Part shown: piece by piece, positions 12,149 to 21,587 of the stretch | Numbering within the stretch: position 1 is the first letter of the stretch | How the letters are laid out: every line of letters starts with the position of its first letter | NCBI GenBank assembly: GCA_963710375.1 | Contig: CAVPZX010000008.1 | Location: 265,138 to 329,137, forward strand | Length of the DNA: 64,000 nucleotides | Direction of reading: 5' to 3' | Source: Nitrospirota bacterium | GTDB lineage: Bacteria; Nitrospirota; Thermodesulfovibrionia; Thermodesulfovibrionales; Dissulfurispiraceae | Translations under genes and position numbers: made by a program | Notes under the pieces: model-generated | The model's input: the letters and a program-made list of their open reading frames with translations, nothing else | What the model was told of the DNA's origin: nothing | The model's database searches: none

Positions 12149-13410
12149 TGGATTTATTTGACCACGAAGAGAAATCTCCCGAGAAACCCGGCCTGTCCGC
12201 TGCAGCTGCACCGCTCGCGTACCGCATGGCTCCTGCTACACTCGATGAATACGCAGGACAGGACCATATTATTGGCAAGGGGAAGCTTTTGAGGCGTGCC
12301 ATTGAAGCCGACAGGATCTCCTCGTTAATCCTTTACGGCCCTCCCGGCACCGGTAAAACAGCACTCGCCAGGGTAATCGCAAACCGGACGCAGGCACATT
12401 TCGAATGGCTCAACGCGGCGGTTGCCGGTATCGAGGACCTCAGAAAAATTATACAGTCGGCAAAGGCGCGCAGAGCAAACGGCATACGCACCGTGCTTTT
12501 CCTCGACGAAATTCACCGGTTTAACAAACTGCAGCAAGATGTGCTGCTGCCGGATGTTGAGGAAGGCATTATTACGCTGATTGCTGCAACTGTCGAAAAC
12601 CCTTTTTTCTATGTCAATTCCGCGCTTATCTCGAGAAGCCAGGTTTTTGAGTTGAAGCCGCTAAGCACTGAGTCTCTTCTTAAAATTCTTGATGCAGCGC
12701 TGCAGGACAGAGAACACGGGTTGGGGAACATGAAAATTCAGGCCGACAGCGACGCGATGCGCCATATTGCCAAAATGTCTGACGGAGACGCCAGAAAGGC
12801 ACTTTCCGCCCTGGAACTCGCCGTGCTCACCACCACGCCCGATGAGGACGGCCTCTTGCACATCACGCTTGCCACAGCAGAAGAATCGATTCAGAAAAAG
12901 GCGGTTTTATACGATAAAAAGGGTGACCAGCACTATGACACTATTTCGGCGTTCATAAAAAGCATGCGCGGCTCCGACCCCGATGCAGCTGTCTATTATC
13001 TTGCCAAAATGCTTTATGCCGGAGAAGATCCCCGTTTCGTGGCACGAAGGATTGTCATATGCGCTTCAGAGGATGTAGGTAATGCAGACCCTATGGCTTT
13101 AGTTCTCGCAACTTCGGCGCTGAGAGCAGTTGAATTTGTAGGCATGCCCGAGGCCAGGATACCCCTTGCCCAGGCAGCCATCTATATTGCTGCCGCTCCG
13201 AAAAACAACGCCTGTTACCGTGCGATCGAAGCTGCAATGGCTGATATGGAAAATGAAGAGACTATGGAAGTGCCCGACCATTTGAAAAGCAGCAGCTATT
13301 CCGGTGCAAAAAAACTGGGCCACGGTGAAGGCTACAAGTATCCACACGACTACGGCGGACACGTGGAGCAGGAATATCTCAAAAAAAAGCGCAGCTACTA
13401 TAAACCTTAA
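12148..13410 (+). CDS. rarA: Replication-associated recombination protein A (AAA+)
   Basis: PLAYRM, GPPGTGKT, DEIHRFNK, SAFIKSMRGSDPDAA, ASEDVGNADP. Confidence 0.95.
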   Translation: MDLFDHEEKSPEKPGLSAAAAPLAYRMAPATLDEYAGQDHIIGKGKLLRRAIEADRISSLILYGPPGTGKTALARVIANRTQAHFEWLNAAVAGIEDLRKIIQSAKARRANGIRTVLFLDEIHRFNKLQQDVLLPDVEEGIITLIAATVENPFFYVNSALISRSQVFELKPLSTESLLKILDAALQDREHGLGNMKIQADSDAMRHIAKMSDGDARKALSALELAVLTTTPDEDGLLHITLATAEESIQKKAVLYDKKGDQHYDTISAFIKSMRGSDPDAAVYYLAKMLYAGEDPRFVARRIVICASEDVGNADPMALVLATSALRAVEFVGMPEARIPLAQAAIYIAAAPKNNACYRAIEAAMADMENEETMEVPDHLKSSSYSGAKKLGHGEGYKYPHDYGGHVEQEYLKKKRSYYKP

Positions 13411-13434
13411 AACAGGAATGTGAGTATATGAGTA

Positions 13435-14418
13435 GTGGATAACAAATTTAACATTTATTTTTATTGTTATGACCTGAATATTCCGTCAGGGGGAATCAGA
13501 GTATTATATAAACATGCCGATATCCTGAACAGGAACGGCTTTCCAGCTTTTATACTCCACCAAAAACCTGGCTTTCGCTGCACGTGGTTTGAAAATCGTA
13601 CGCCCGTTACGAATACTGTCAACACCAAAATCATGCCAAATGATTACCTTGTAATTCCCGAAGAAATATTTGCGGAAATCATTAAACTGGCAAGAGGTAT
13701 CAGGAAGATAGTTTTCAATCAAAATTGCTATTATACCTTTTCACATGGATATTCACTGGATAAAAATGAAAAAATTATAAGTTATCAGGATAAAGAAGTT
13801 ATTGCAGCTCTTGTGGTTTCCGATGACAGCGAACGGTATCTGTCTTATGCGTTTCCGGAGTTAAAAGTCATTAAAATTCATAACTCCATTGATCCGCATC
13901 TTTTTTTCTATAATAAGGCCAAGAAGCCTCTTATTTCCTTTATGCCCAGAAAACATTTGGAAGACTCATTGCAGGTGATAAATATTTTAAAATCCAGGGT
14001 TGCATTCGGCGATTTTGAAATCATGCCTATTGCCGATAAAACCGAAACCGAAGTTGCGCAGATACTAAGAGAATCCCTTATTTTTCTGAGTTTCGGATAT
14101 CCGGAGGGGTTTTCTCTGCCGCCTGCTGAAGCAATGGCTTGTGGATGCATCGTTATCGGATATCACGGCATGGGGGGCCTCGAATTTTTCAGGCCGGAGT
14201 TTTCCTACCCCGTCACTAACGGGGATATCATCACCTTTGCACAGACAATCGAAAAGGTCATAGACCTGTATAAGCGTGATAAAAGCATTCTGGACGAAAA
14301 GGGGGAGTCGGCTTCTCAGTACATATTAAATAATTATTCCCCTGAACAACAGGAAACAGATATCATACAATTCTGGAAGCATATTACAGAAAACCATAAT
14401 ATTGCCGGAAATCCCTAA
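13435..14418 (+). CDS. Glycosyltransferase (GT4-like)
   Basis: PSGGIRV N-terminus and EGFSLPPAEAMACG (Ex7E) motif; GTG start. Confidence 0.85.
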   Translation: MDNKFNIYFYCYDLNIPSGGIRVLYKHADILNRNGFPAFILHQKPGFRCTWFENRTPVTNTVNTKIMPNDYLVIPEEIFAEIIKLARGIRKIVFNQNCYYTFSHGYSLDKNEKIISYQDKEVIAALVVSDDSERYLSYAFPELKVIKIHNSIDPHLFFYNKAKKPLISFMPRKHLEDSLQVINILKSRVAFGDFEIMPIADKTETEVAQILRESLIFLSFGYPEGFSLPPAEAMACGCIVIGYHGMGGLEFFRPEFSYPVTNGDIITFAQTIEKVIDLYKRDKSILDEKGESASQYILNNYSPEQQETDIIQFWKHITENHNIAGNP

Positions 14419-14462
14419 TGAAAAAATACAGTACAAACCCCGAAGGTGTCGGGTCGCCTGCC

Positions 14463-15308
14463 ATGAAAAAATTCACGCAGTTACTGTTTTCCGTTTTAGT
14501 GTTTTTATTTATTTTTGGTCCGGTGCAAAGCTACGGTGTTGAGAGAGTTGTCAGGATAAGTGACGGGAAAGTTATCACCTTTATGCAGATGATTCAGGAA
14601 ATCAGGGACTCGAATATTATCTTTGTCGGCGAAGCACACAATAATACTGAACACCACGCTGCGCAGCTGCAGGTCATCAAATCACTTGAGGCATTGCCGG
14701 TTACTATCGCAGTCGGGCTTGAGATGTTCAAGGCCGATAGCCAGAACGTGTTGAACCATTGGCTGGCAGGCAGATTGGGAGATGAGGCTTTCATCGAAAC
14801 CTACCTGGATAACTGGGGCTACCCATGGCAGTACTACAGGGATATCTTCCTTTATGCAAAACAACGCCGGATTTCGATGATAGGGCTGAATGTTTCCCCT
14901 GAAATTACTCAAAAGGTTTCACAGAACGGTTTCTCTTCGCTCACACCCGGCGAGCTCAAACAACTGCCGCCTCAAATAGGCTGTGATATTGATGAAAGGT
15001 ATATGGATTACATTAAGAAGGCTTACGAATTCCATGGAATGCAAAGCAAATCCTTTATACATTTCTGCGAGGCGCAAATGATATGGGACAAAGTCATGGC
15101 ATGGAACCTCGCAAAATACCTGACTCACAATCCCGGCACAACCGTGGTGGTACTCGCTGGAACAGGTCACGCATGGAAAAGGGGCATTCCGGAGCAACTG
15201 AGAAGGCAGTATGAGTTCCGTTATAAAGTAGTGCTGCCTGAAATACCTGACCGCATAAACACAAGCACCATAACAACCGAAGACGCGGATTATATTTTAT
15301 TGCAATGA
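14463..15308 (+). CDS. ChaN-family (haem-uptake/Tiki-like) exported protein
   Basis: Signal peptide; IFVGEAH, HHAAQL, GLEMF, AQMIWDKVMA, LAGTGH motifs. Confidence 0.8.
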   Translation: MKKFTQLLFSVLVFLFIFGPVQSYGVERVVRISDGKVITFMQMIQEIRDSNIIFVGEAHNNTEHHAAQLQVIKSLEALPVTIAVGLEMFKADSQNVLNHWLAGRLGDEAFIETYLDNWGYPWQYYRDIFLYAKQRRISMIGLNVSPEITQKVSQNGFSSLTPGELKQLPPQIGCDIDERYMDYIKKAYEFHGMQSKSFIHFCEAQMIWDKVMAWNLAKYLTHNPGTTVVVLAGTGHAWKRGIPEQLRRQYEFRYKVVLPEIPDRINTSTITTEDADYILLQ

Positions 15309-15413
15309 AAACAAAACAACTTCTCCTGTCTTCCGCCGATCCATTGCATTTTCGCCGCTTTTTCTGTTTTAATTTTTAGGTACATAGAAAATACAGTATG
15401 GGAAAGGAGTTAC

Positions 15414-16175
15414 ATGATAAAACTGGTTCTACTCAGACACGGCGAAAGCATATGGAATGAAGAAAACAGGTTTACCGGCTGGACAGATGTTGACCTGTCC
15501 CCTAAGGGAACTGAAGAAGCTAAGAAAGCAGGTCTCGTTCTGTTAAACTCAGGGTTTGAGTTCGATACCGCCTTTACATCGGTACTCAAAAGGGCAATAA
15601 GGACCTTGTGGATTGTCCTGGACAAGATGGACCTGATGTGGATTCCTGTATACCATTCATGGCGTTTAAATGAGCGGCATTACGGAGCTTTACAGGGATT
15701 GAACAAAGCTGAGACGGCAGGCTGCTATGGAGAAGAACAGGTGCGCATATGGCGGCGGAGCTTTGACATCCCACCGCCGGCTCTTGACAGCAATGATCCC
15801 CGTTACCCAAGAAATGACCCACGTTATAAAGAACTCAGCACCACAGACCTGCCGTTGACGGAAAGTCTAAAAGATACCATAGCGCGGTTTCTGCCCCACT
15901 GGCATGAAACTATCGCTCCAGCTATACGTGCAGGCAAGAAGGTAATAATCGCCGCTCACGGCAATTCCCTCAGGGCCCTTGTAAAATATCTCGACGCCAT
16001 CCCCGACGACGAAATTGTGGCACTTAATATTCCTACCGGCATCCCCCTGGTATATGAGCTTGACGAAAACCTGAAGCCGCTCAGGCACTATTACCTCGGC
16101 GATGCCGCAGAAATTGAAAAAGCAGTCCAAAAGGTGGCCGCCCAGGGCAAGGCGGTCGATGCTCCAGGTCAGTAA
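15414..16175 (+). CDS. gpmA: 2,3-bisphosphoglycerate-dependent phosphoglycerate mutase
   Basis: [29 protein letters not shown]. Confidence 0.97.
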   Translation: MIKLVLLRHGESIWNEENRFTGWTDVDLSPKGTEEAKKAGLVLLNSGFEFDTAFTSVLKRAIRTLWIVLDKMDLMWIPVYHSWRLNERHYGALQGLNKAETAGCYGEEQVRIWRRSFDIPPPALDSNDPRYPRNDPRYKELSTTDLPLTESLKDTIARFLPHWHETIAPAIRAGKKVIIAAHGNSLRALVKYLDAIPDDEIVALNIPTGIPLVYELDENLKPLRHYYLGDAAEIEKAVQKVAAQGKAVDAPGQ

Positions 16176-18027
16176 CCTATCAAAAGCATATGGTCAACAG
16201 GTGATCTTTGATGCGGTCAGCTTCACGGTCAATCCCGGAGAGCGCGTAGGGCTGGTTGGCAGAAACGGGCACGGCAAAACCACCCTCTTCCGCATGATTC
16301 TCGGTGAGGAGAAGCCCGATGATGGAGTAATCAGCGTGCCCGCAGGTTATACCGTGGGCCACCTTTCACAGCATATCCGCTTCACCCGGCCGACAGTACT
16401 GGAAGAAGGAAGCGTCGGTCTCCCGGAATCAGAGGACGGCAGGGACGAATCCTACAAAGTAAAAACCGTTCTGACCGGACTCGGCGTATCGCCCGGTGCT
16501 TTCGACCGGGACCCCTACGAACTCTCGGGCGGATACCAGATTCGCCTGAACCTCGCAAAGGTGCTGGTGGAGTCGCCCGACCTCCTCCTCCTCGATGAAC
16601 CTACAAATTATCTCGACATCGTATCTATACGCTGGCTTACACAATTTTTACGCACCTGGAAAAACGAACTGATTTTAATTACCCACGACAGGGACTTTAT
16701 GGACAGCGTAACAACCCATACTATGGGTATTCACCGCTGCAAGATCCGAAAAACAGCAGGCCCTACCCAAAAGCTTTACGACCAACTGCTGCAGGAAGAA
16801 GAGGTCTACGAGCAGACAAGAATCAACGAGGGTAAAAAACGTAAAGAGGTGGAACAATTCATCAACCGTTTCAGGGCACAGGCTACACGTGCCAGGGCCG
16901 TGCAATCAAAGATTAAAGCACTTCAAAAAAAAGAGACGCTGGAGAAAATCGCCGCAATAAAAAACCTTGATTTCGAATTCAGTGCCGCGCCATTTACAGG
17001 AAAATTTCTCGTTGAGGCAAGCAACATTTCATTTGCATTTGCCGCTGAAGAACCCCTCTTAAACGGCTTCAGCATAGCTGTCGGGAAAAATGACGTCATT
17101 GCCGTCATAGGAAAAAACGGCAAGGGGAAAACAACGCTCCTGAACCTGCTGGCCGGAGAATTACATCCTTCGAAAGGGACAGTTATCCGCCATCCGAAAT
17201 TAAAACTTGCCTACTTCGGACAGACCAATATAAACCGCCTCAACACCGACAAGACCGTTGAGGATGAAATCCTGGATGCCCTGCCCGAATACAACAGAAA
17301 ATTTGCGCGCACAATCTGCGGCATTATGATGTTTGATGGAGATAAGGCGCTGAAAAAAATAGAGGTCCTTTCCGGTGGAGAGAAAAGCCGCGTGCTGCTG
17401 GGGAAGCTCCTTGTAAGCCCCGCCAACCTGCTCCTGCTGGATGAGCCGACCAACCATCTGGACATGGAATCGATCGATTCTCTTCTGGAGGCGCTGACAG
17501 CCTTTATGGGAGCGGTTATAATAGTTACCCACAGCGAAATGATCCTCCATGCGCTTGCTACAAGACTTGTAGTATTCGATGATGACCGGGTGAGCGTATT
17601 CGACGGCACTTATCAGGATTTCCTCGACAGGGTTGGGTGGGCAGATGAAACATCAGATGCTGGAAGCTCCGTTCCATCTAACGGCTCCCGTTGCGCTAAC
17701 CTAAGCAAAAAAGATATGCGAAGATTCAGGGCCGATCTAATCAGCGAAAGGGGAAGAGTGCTGGGAGCGCTCAAAAACAGAATTGCCGAAATCGAAGGGA
17801 ACATAATAGGATTGGAGCAGAAAGTGAATAACGACACAGAGGTACTGCTGGATGTTTCGGTAAAAGGGGACGGTGCGGCAATAAAAAGCCTGTTAAAGTC
17901 ACTGCATGCAGCAAAAGGACAGATCGATGCCCTTTTTGACGAGATGGCAGTTCTCACCGCCGAACTCGAAAGCAAAACAAAAGAATTAGACCAAAAAATA
18001 AATCAGGCAATAGGCCAGGGGCTATAG
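16159..18027 (+). CDS. ABC-F family ATPase with C-terminal coiled coil
   Basis: Two ABC cassettes ([19 protein letters not shown] and [20 protein letters not shown]); no TM segments. Confidence 0.92.
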   Translation: MLQVSNLSKAYGQQVIFDAVSFTVNPGERVGLVGRNGHGKTTLFRMILGEEKPDDGVISVPAGYTVGHLSQHIRFTRPTVLEEGSVGLPESEDGRDESYKVKTVLTGLGVSPGAFDRDPYELSGGYQIRLNLAKVLVESPDLLLLDEPTNYLDIVSIRWLTQFLRTWKNELILITHDRDFMDSVTTHTMGIHRCKIRKTAGPTQKLYDQLLQEEEVYEQTRINEGKKRKEVEQFINRFRAQATRARAVQSKIKALQKKETLEKIAAIKNLDFEFSAAPFTGKFLVEASNISFAFAAEEPLLNGFSIAVGKNDVIAVIGKNGKGKTTLLNLLAGELHPSKGTVIRHPKLKLAYFGQTNINRLNTDKTVEDEILDALPEYNRKFARTICGIMMFDGDKALKKIEVLSGGEKSRVLLGKLLVSPANLLLLDEPTNHLDMESIDSLLEALTAFMGAVIIVTHSEMILHALATRLVVFDDDRVSVFDGTYQDFLDRVGWADETSDAGSSVPSNGSRCANLSKKDMRRFRADLISERGRVLGALKNRIAEIEGNIIGLEQKVNNDTEVLLDVSVKGDGAAIKSLLKSLHAAKGQIDALFDEMAVLTAELESKTKELDQKINQAIGQGL

Positions 18028-18028
18028 G

Positions 18029-19561
18029 CTACAACCTATAACCTGTCTTTTTCAGGAGTTCTCCCAGGCTGCCAAGAGCGCCGGTAGACTTTCCTTCAGC
18101 CTTGATGGAATCCTTGTAACGCTTGAAGTCTTCCCGCTCCTCCATCTCCTTGAGCGCCTTGCGGCTAAGGAGCACTTTGCCGCGCCGGGTGTCCACTTCA
18201 CGCACGGCAACCTGCATGGCCGAACCAGAGGGAAACATGCGGCTATGATCTGAACCATTCGGCGTGTCCATCTCAGAATTTGGGACGAGTCCGGTCAGCT
18301 CATCGCCTATTTTAACAAAAACTCCGAAAGGCATTACCTTATCCACTACCCCATCGATAATGTCACCTTCGGAAGGCAGGACAATCTTTTTCACTTCACG
18401 CTTTGGCTGCATCGAAAGGGAAAGCTTCCTGTTCGGCGGATCAACAGCGAGTACATATGCTTCAACCTGCTGGCCCACCGCAACAACTTCTTTCGGATGC
18501 TGTATACGCCGGCCGGCCCCAAGATTCGATATGTGCACTAACCCGTCTATTCCATGTTCCAGCGTGACAAAAGCACCAAAAGGCGCCACTCTGACAATGG
18601 TACCGGTTACTTTTTCGCCCACAGGATACTTCTCCGCCACAATGCACCATGGATCAGGCTGTATCGCTTTCATGCTGACCGTCAGACGCTCTTTGTCCCA
18701 GTCGAGAGATAAAACCCTGACCCTAACTTCCTGTCCGATGGACAGTACCTCATCAGGCTTCTCTATTCGTCCCCAGGATATTTCGCTGAAGGGGATCAGA
18801 CCGTCAACGCCGCCGAGGTCAACAAAAGCACCGAAACTCTGGAGAGATACTACTTTCGCGGTGATGTCCATCCCGATTGAAATAGTCTCCTTAAGAAGGT
18901 CGATACGGGCACGTCGCTCCTGCTCAAGCGCGGCCCGCCTCGAGATCACTACGGTGCGCCCGCCTTCCTTATAATCCAGGACCTTGAACGAGAAGGTCTT
19001 GCCAATATATTCGGCGCCCGTTCTTCCACCTCTAATGTCAATATGAGACCAGGGACAGAAGCATACTACGCCGCCTATAGAAACCTCGAACCCTCCCTTT
19101 ATCTCACGTTTGACCTCTCCGTTTATTGCAATTCCCGCGCTGAAGGCATCGCGGACTGCGTTAAGCCGCAATGAAGAATAACCATTTAAAAGCGTGGTAA
19201 GATTTCTGATCCCGTCCTGCACAGACAGGAAAAAAGCATCGACAACATCTCCCTCTCTCACCCCGCATATTCCGTTTTCGTCGATAAATTCGCTTAGCGT
19301 TATCATGCCCTCGCTCTTTCCGCCAAGGTCGATATAAACAGCATCGCCGGAAATACTGATCACTCTGGCCCTGACCTTCTGGCCGGGCGTGAGTCTTACA
19401 GAAACAGCGCCGTTCTTCTCAAGCAGGGCGGCAAAACTCTCTTCTTCAGGAGCACCCACGGTATCTAAAAAGTCTGTGGCTTCTCGTGGAAAGCCGACTG
19501 GGGGAATCGTTTCCTGCCCTGCAATATTCAGAGCAGCATCTTTTACAGAATCATCAGACAT
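18029..19561 (-). CDS. Multi-S1-domain protein (30S ribosomal protein S1 homologue)
   Basis: About 5 S1 repeats (FGAFVDLGGVDGLIP.SEISW; FGAFV...GLVHIS); C-terminal GSLGELLK. Confidence 0.85.
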   Translation of the reverse strand: MSDDSVKDAALNIAGQETIPPVGFPREATDFLDTVGAPEEESFAALLEKNGAVSVRLTPGQKVRARVISISGDAVYIDLGGKSEGMITLSEFIDENGICGVREGDVVDAFFLSVQDGIRNLTTLLNGYSSLRLNAVRDAFSAGIAINGEVKREIKGGFEVSIGGVVCFCPWSHIDIRGGRTGAEYIGKTFSFKVLDYKEGGRTVVISRRAALEQERRARIDLLKETISIGMDITAKVVSLQSFGAFVDLGGVDGLIPFSEISWGRIEKPDEVLSIGQEVRVRVLSLDWDKERLTVSMKAIQPDPWCIVAEKYPVGEKVTGTIVRVAPFGAFVTLEHGIDGLVHISNLGAGRRIQHPKEVVAVGQQVEAYVLAVDPPNRKLSLSMQPKREVKKIVLPSEGDIIDGVVDKVMPFGVFVKIGDELTGLVPNSEMDTPNGSDHSRMFPSGSAMQVAVREVDTRRGKVLLSRKALKEMEEREDFKRYKDSIKAEGKSTGALGSLGELLKKTGYRL

Positions 19562-19751
19562 ATTGTGTACCTCTCACTTTATCTCCCGCAGCAAGCTTCG
19601 GGGTATTCTAAAATCTTCCCTCCCATGACGGGAGGAGATGCAGGAAAAAGCATATCAATGTAATACGCTTAATTAGATCAACCGTTAGTCTAAAGGATTT
19701 GAGCAATTTGAGTCAATTTATGTTACAGAGGGGTAGCGGGTCAGTTTGTGC

Positions 19752-19780
19752 TTTACCTTCCAGAACCGGCATAGTATAAT
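19752..19780 (+). promoter_or_regulatory. Putative sigma70 promoter for the small Cys-rich ORF
   Basis: TTTACC (19752-57), 17-bp spacer, TATAAT (19775-80). Confidence 0.45.
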
Positions 19781-19799
19781 TTAGAAAAGGGTGGAAAAA

Positions 19800-19952
19800 A
19801 TGGAGCAGGCTAAGAAAAATCCTTGTCCGGATTGTACGTTTTGTCAGTGTTGCAGTGAAACTCGTTGCAGCATGTGCAGGCCTTCTGTAAACAAAAAACC
19901 GAAAAAGGAAAATAAATTAAAGGCACACAAACCGCTTTTCAGGCCATACTAA
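19800..19952 (+). CDS. Small cysteine-rich protein, 50 aa (below the ORF-track cutoff)
   Basis: Hand translation MEQAKKNPCPDCTFCQCCSETRCSMCRPSVNKKPKKENKLKAHKPLFRPY*; purine-rich RBS region and promoter upstream. Confidence 0.65.
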   Translation: MEQAKKNPCPDCTFCQCCSETRCSMCRPSVNKKPKKENKLKAHKPLFRPY

Positions 19953-19975
19953 TTCAAAATTCAACATTGCTTTTC

Positions 19976-20656
19976 TCAGCCGCCTCTCATCATAAGCAAT
20001 CTCGCCTTCCATGCCCACTTCCTTTCTATTTTGCGCTTATAACGCGGCGCCTCTTTGAATACGGCTACCGCTTTCTTAAGGTACTCCCTTCCCTCGTCTG
20101 CCTTCGCGGTCTTCATTTTGACTAGACCCATCTGATAGAGCCCTTCAGTGCTCGAAATACGCACCTTCAGGAACCGCTCAAGAAACGGCTCCGCTCTGTC
20201 ATATGCACCCGTATCAATATACACTTCTGCCATTGCCAGATAAGGATCGCCATATTTCAACCCGGGAGCGGCAAGAAGGGCATTATCCACAAGCTCTCGT
20301 CCCTTGTCAACAGCGCCGGTTCTGGCTAGCGCGATGCCGTAATAATAATTGAATTCCGGCTCGTCGGACATTTTTGATGAGGCCAAAGTGAAATACTCGA
20401 GTGCTTTCTGATAATTTTTCCTTTCGACCATAAAAATGCCGAGTTCTTTCATTGACCGGGCATCATGAGGATTAATTGCAATAATCCTCTGAAGTTCCCT
20501 GATTCTGCCGGCAGACCTGAATGCCCGAAAAGGGTCCGGAACAAAGCCATAATATCTCCTGTCTATCGCCAGGTAAACAACGAGCAGAATAACCACTGCT
20601 ATGATCGGATTTCCCGTGAGCCATGAGAGAAAGAAAAACAGCATCAGCTTGCCCAC
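19976..20656 (-). CDS. Membrane-anchored TPR protein
   Basis: N-terminal hydrophobic segment (WLTGNPIIAVVILLVVY) then TPR-like helices; GTG start after GGAGG (exact start uncertain). Confidence 0.75.
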   Translation of the reverse strand: MGKLMLFFFLSWLTGNPIIAVVILLVVYLAIDRRYYGFVPDPFRAFRSAGRIRELQRIIAINPHDARSMKELGIFMVERKNYQKALEYFTLASSKMSDEPEFNYYYGIALARTGAVDKGRELVDNALLAAPGLKYGDPYLAMAEVYIDTGAYDRAEPFLERFLKVRISSTEGLYQMGLVKMKTAKADEGREYLKKAVAVFKEAPRYKRKIERKWAWKARLLMMRGG

Positions 20657-20671
20657 TAAAACCTCCAAGAA

Positions 20672-20797
20672 AAAACGAGTGAAAAGTGAATGGTGAAAGG
20701 TGAAAAAAAACTAATACAGATTGCTTCTATTGTTAAGTTTGCTTTTAGTCTTTGCTGTTAACTTTTCACTTTTCACCTTTCACTTTTTACTTGTCTT
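20672..20797. repeat. Foldback element with inverted heptamer arrays (GTGAAAR...YTTTCAC), copy 1
   Basis: Left GTGAAAA-GTGAATG-GTGAAAG-GTGAAAA, right TTTTCAC-TTTTCAC-CTTTCAC; core aligns to the reverse complement of 33257..33383. Confidence 0.8.
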
Positions 20798-21401
20798 ATG
20801 TATAGGCGGACTTGTCACCAATATCATAGTGCAAGGGCATAAACACCTTTCTTAAAGTGAAAACAACGAGCATGGCTGCTATCAAAATAAGACCATAGGA
20901 GACCCCTTTAGCTGTCAAGCCCCGCCCAGCCAGCACGACAAGATACACGGGCATCGTCAGGGCAAGGAGATACCCTTCGATCAGCCTGAAACAGAAAGCC
21001 TCTTTTACAGTAATAAAACCAAGGCAGCCTGACAGGGGAAGAAGCAGAATCGGCCCGTAAGTCTTGCTGACAAGGACTCCCAGTACATCTCCCCTGCCGA
21101 TGATAAACAAAAGGATTAACGAGATAACCGCAATATAATAAAGTTTCTTAAGAGCCCGGTGAAACTTGCCGACATAAAGATGTATAAAAAACACACTAAT
21201 GCCAACCGCTACATACAATTTTATCAGGAGCACATTGGTCAAGAACGCATATGATATATACTCCTGATAACGAGAGGCATTTGATGAAAAAAAAGCACCG
21301 GCGAGGATAAACAATGTTGACAGCACAATGCCCGCCCGGTATAAAATTACAGAAATTTTGTCCCCCGGCGTCAGCGGCTGAAAGTATCCCTGTTCACCCA
21401 T
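20796..21401 (-). CDS. Integral membrane protein (DUF2301-like)
   Basis: Multiple TM helices; FIHLY, KEAFCF and C-terminal DIGDKS motifs. Confidence 0.75.
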   Translation of the reverse strand: MGEQGYFQPLTPGDKISVILYRAGIVLSTLFILAGAFFSSNASRYQEYISYAFLTNVLLIKLYVAVGISVFFIHLYVGKFHRALKKLYYIAVISLILLFIIGRGDVLGVLVSKTYGPILLLPLSGCLGFITVKEAFCFRLIEGYLLALTMPVYLVVLAGRGLTAKGVSYGLILIAAMLVVFTLRKVFMPLHYDIGDKSAYT

Positions 21402-21587
21402 ATTTCATATCATAGCAAATCCTCATTTTTTTGAGGAGAAAAAAGACGCAGTGAGAAGCTTTTAAGGCTGGTGTATCAAAAGGGTTCTCACAGTGGGCTT
21501 AACAATATGTGCTGCTGTCTTGGTTGCGTTATTTTCTTTCTCAATGATATTCTTTACTAAAAATTGCGTCAGAGCGGGTGATCTTGT

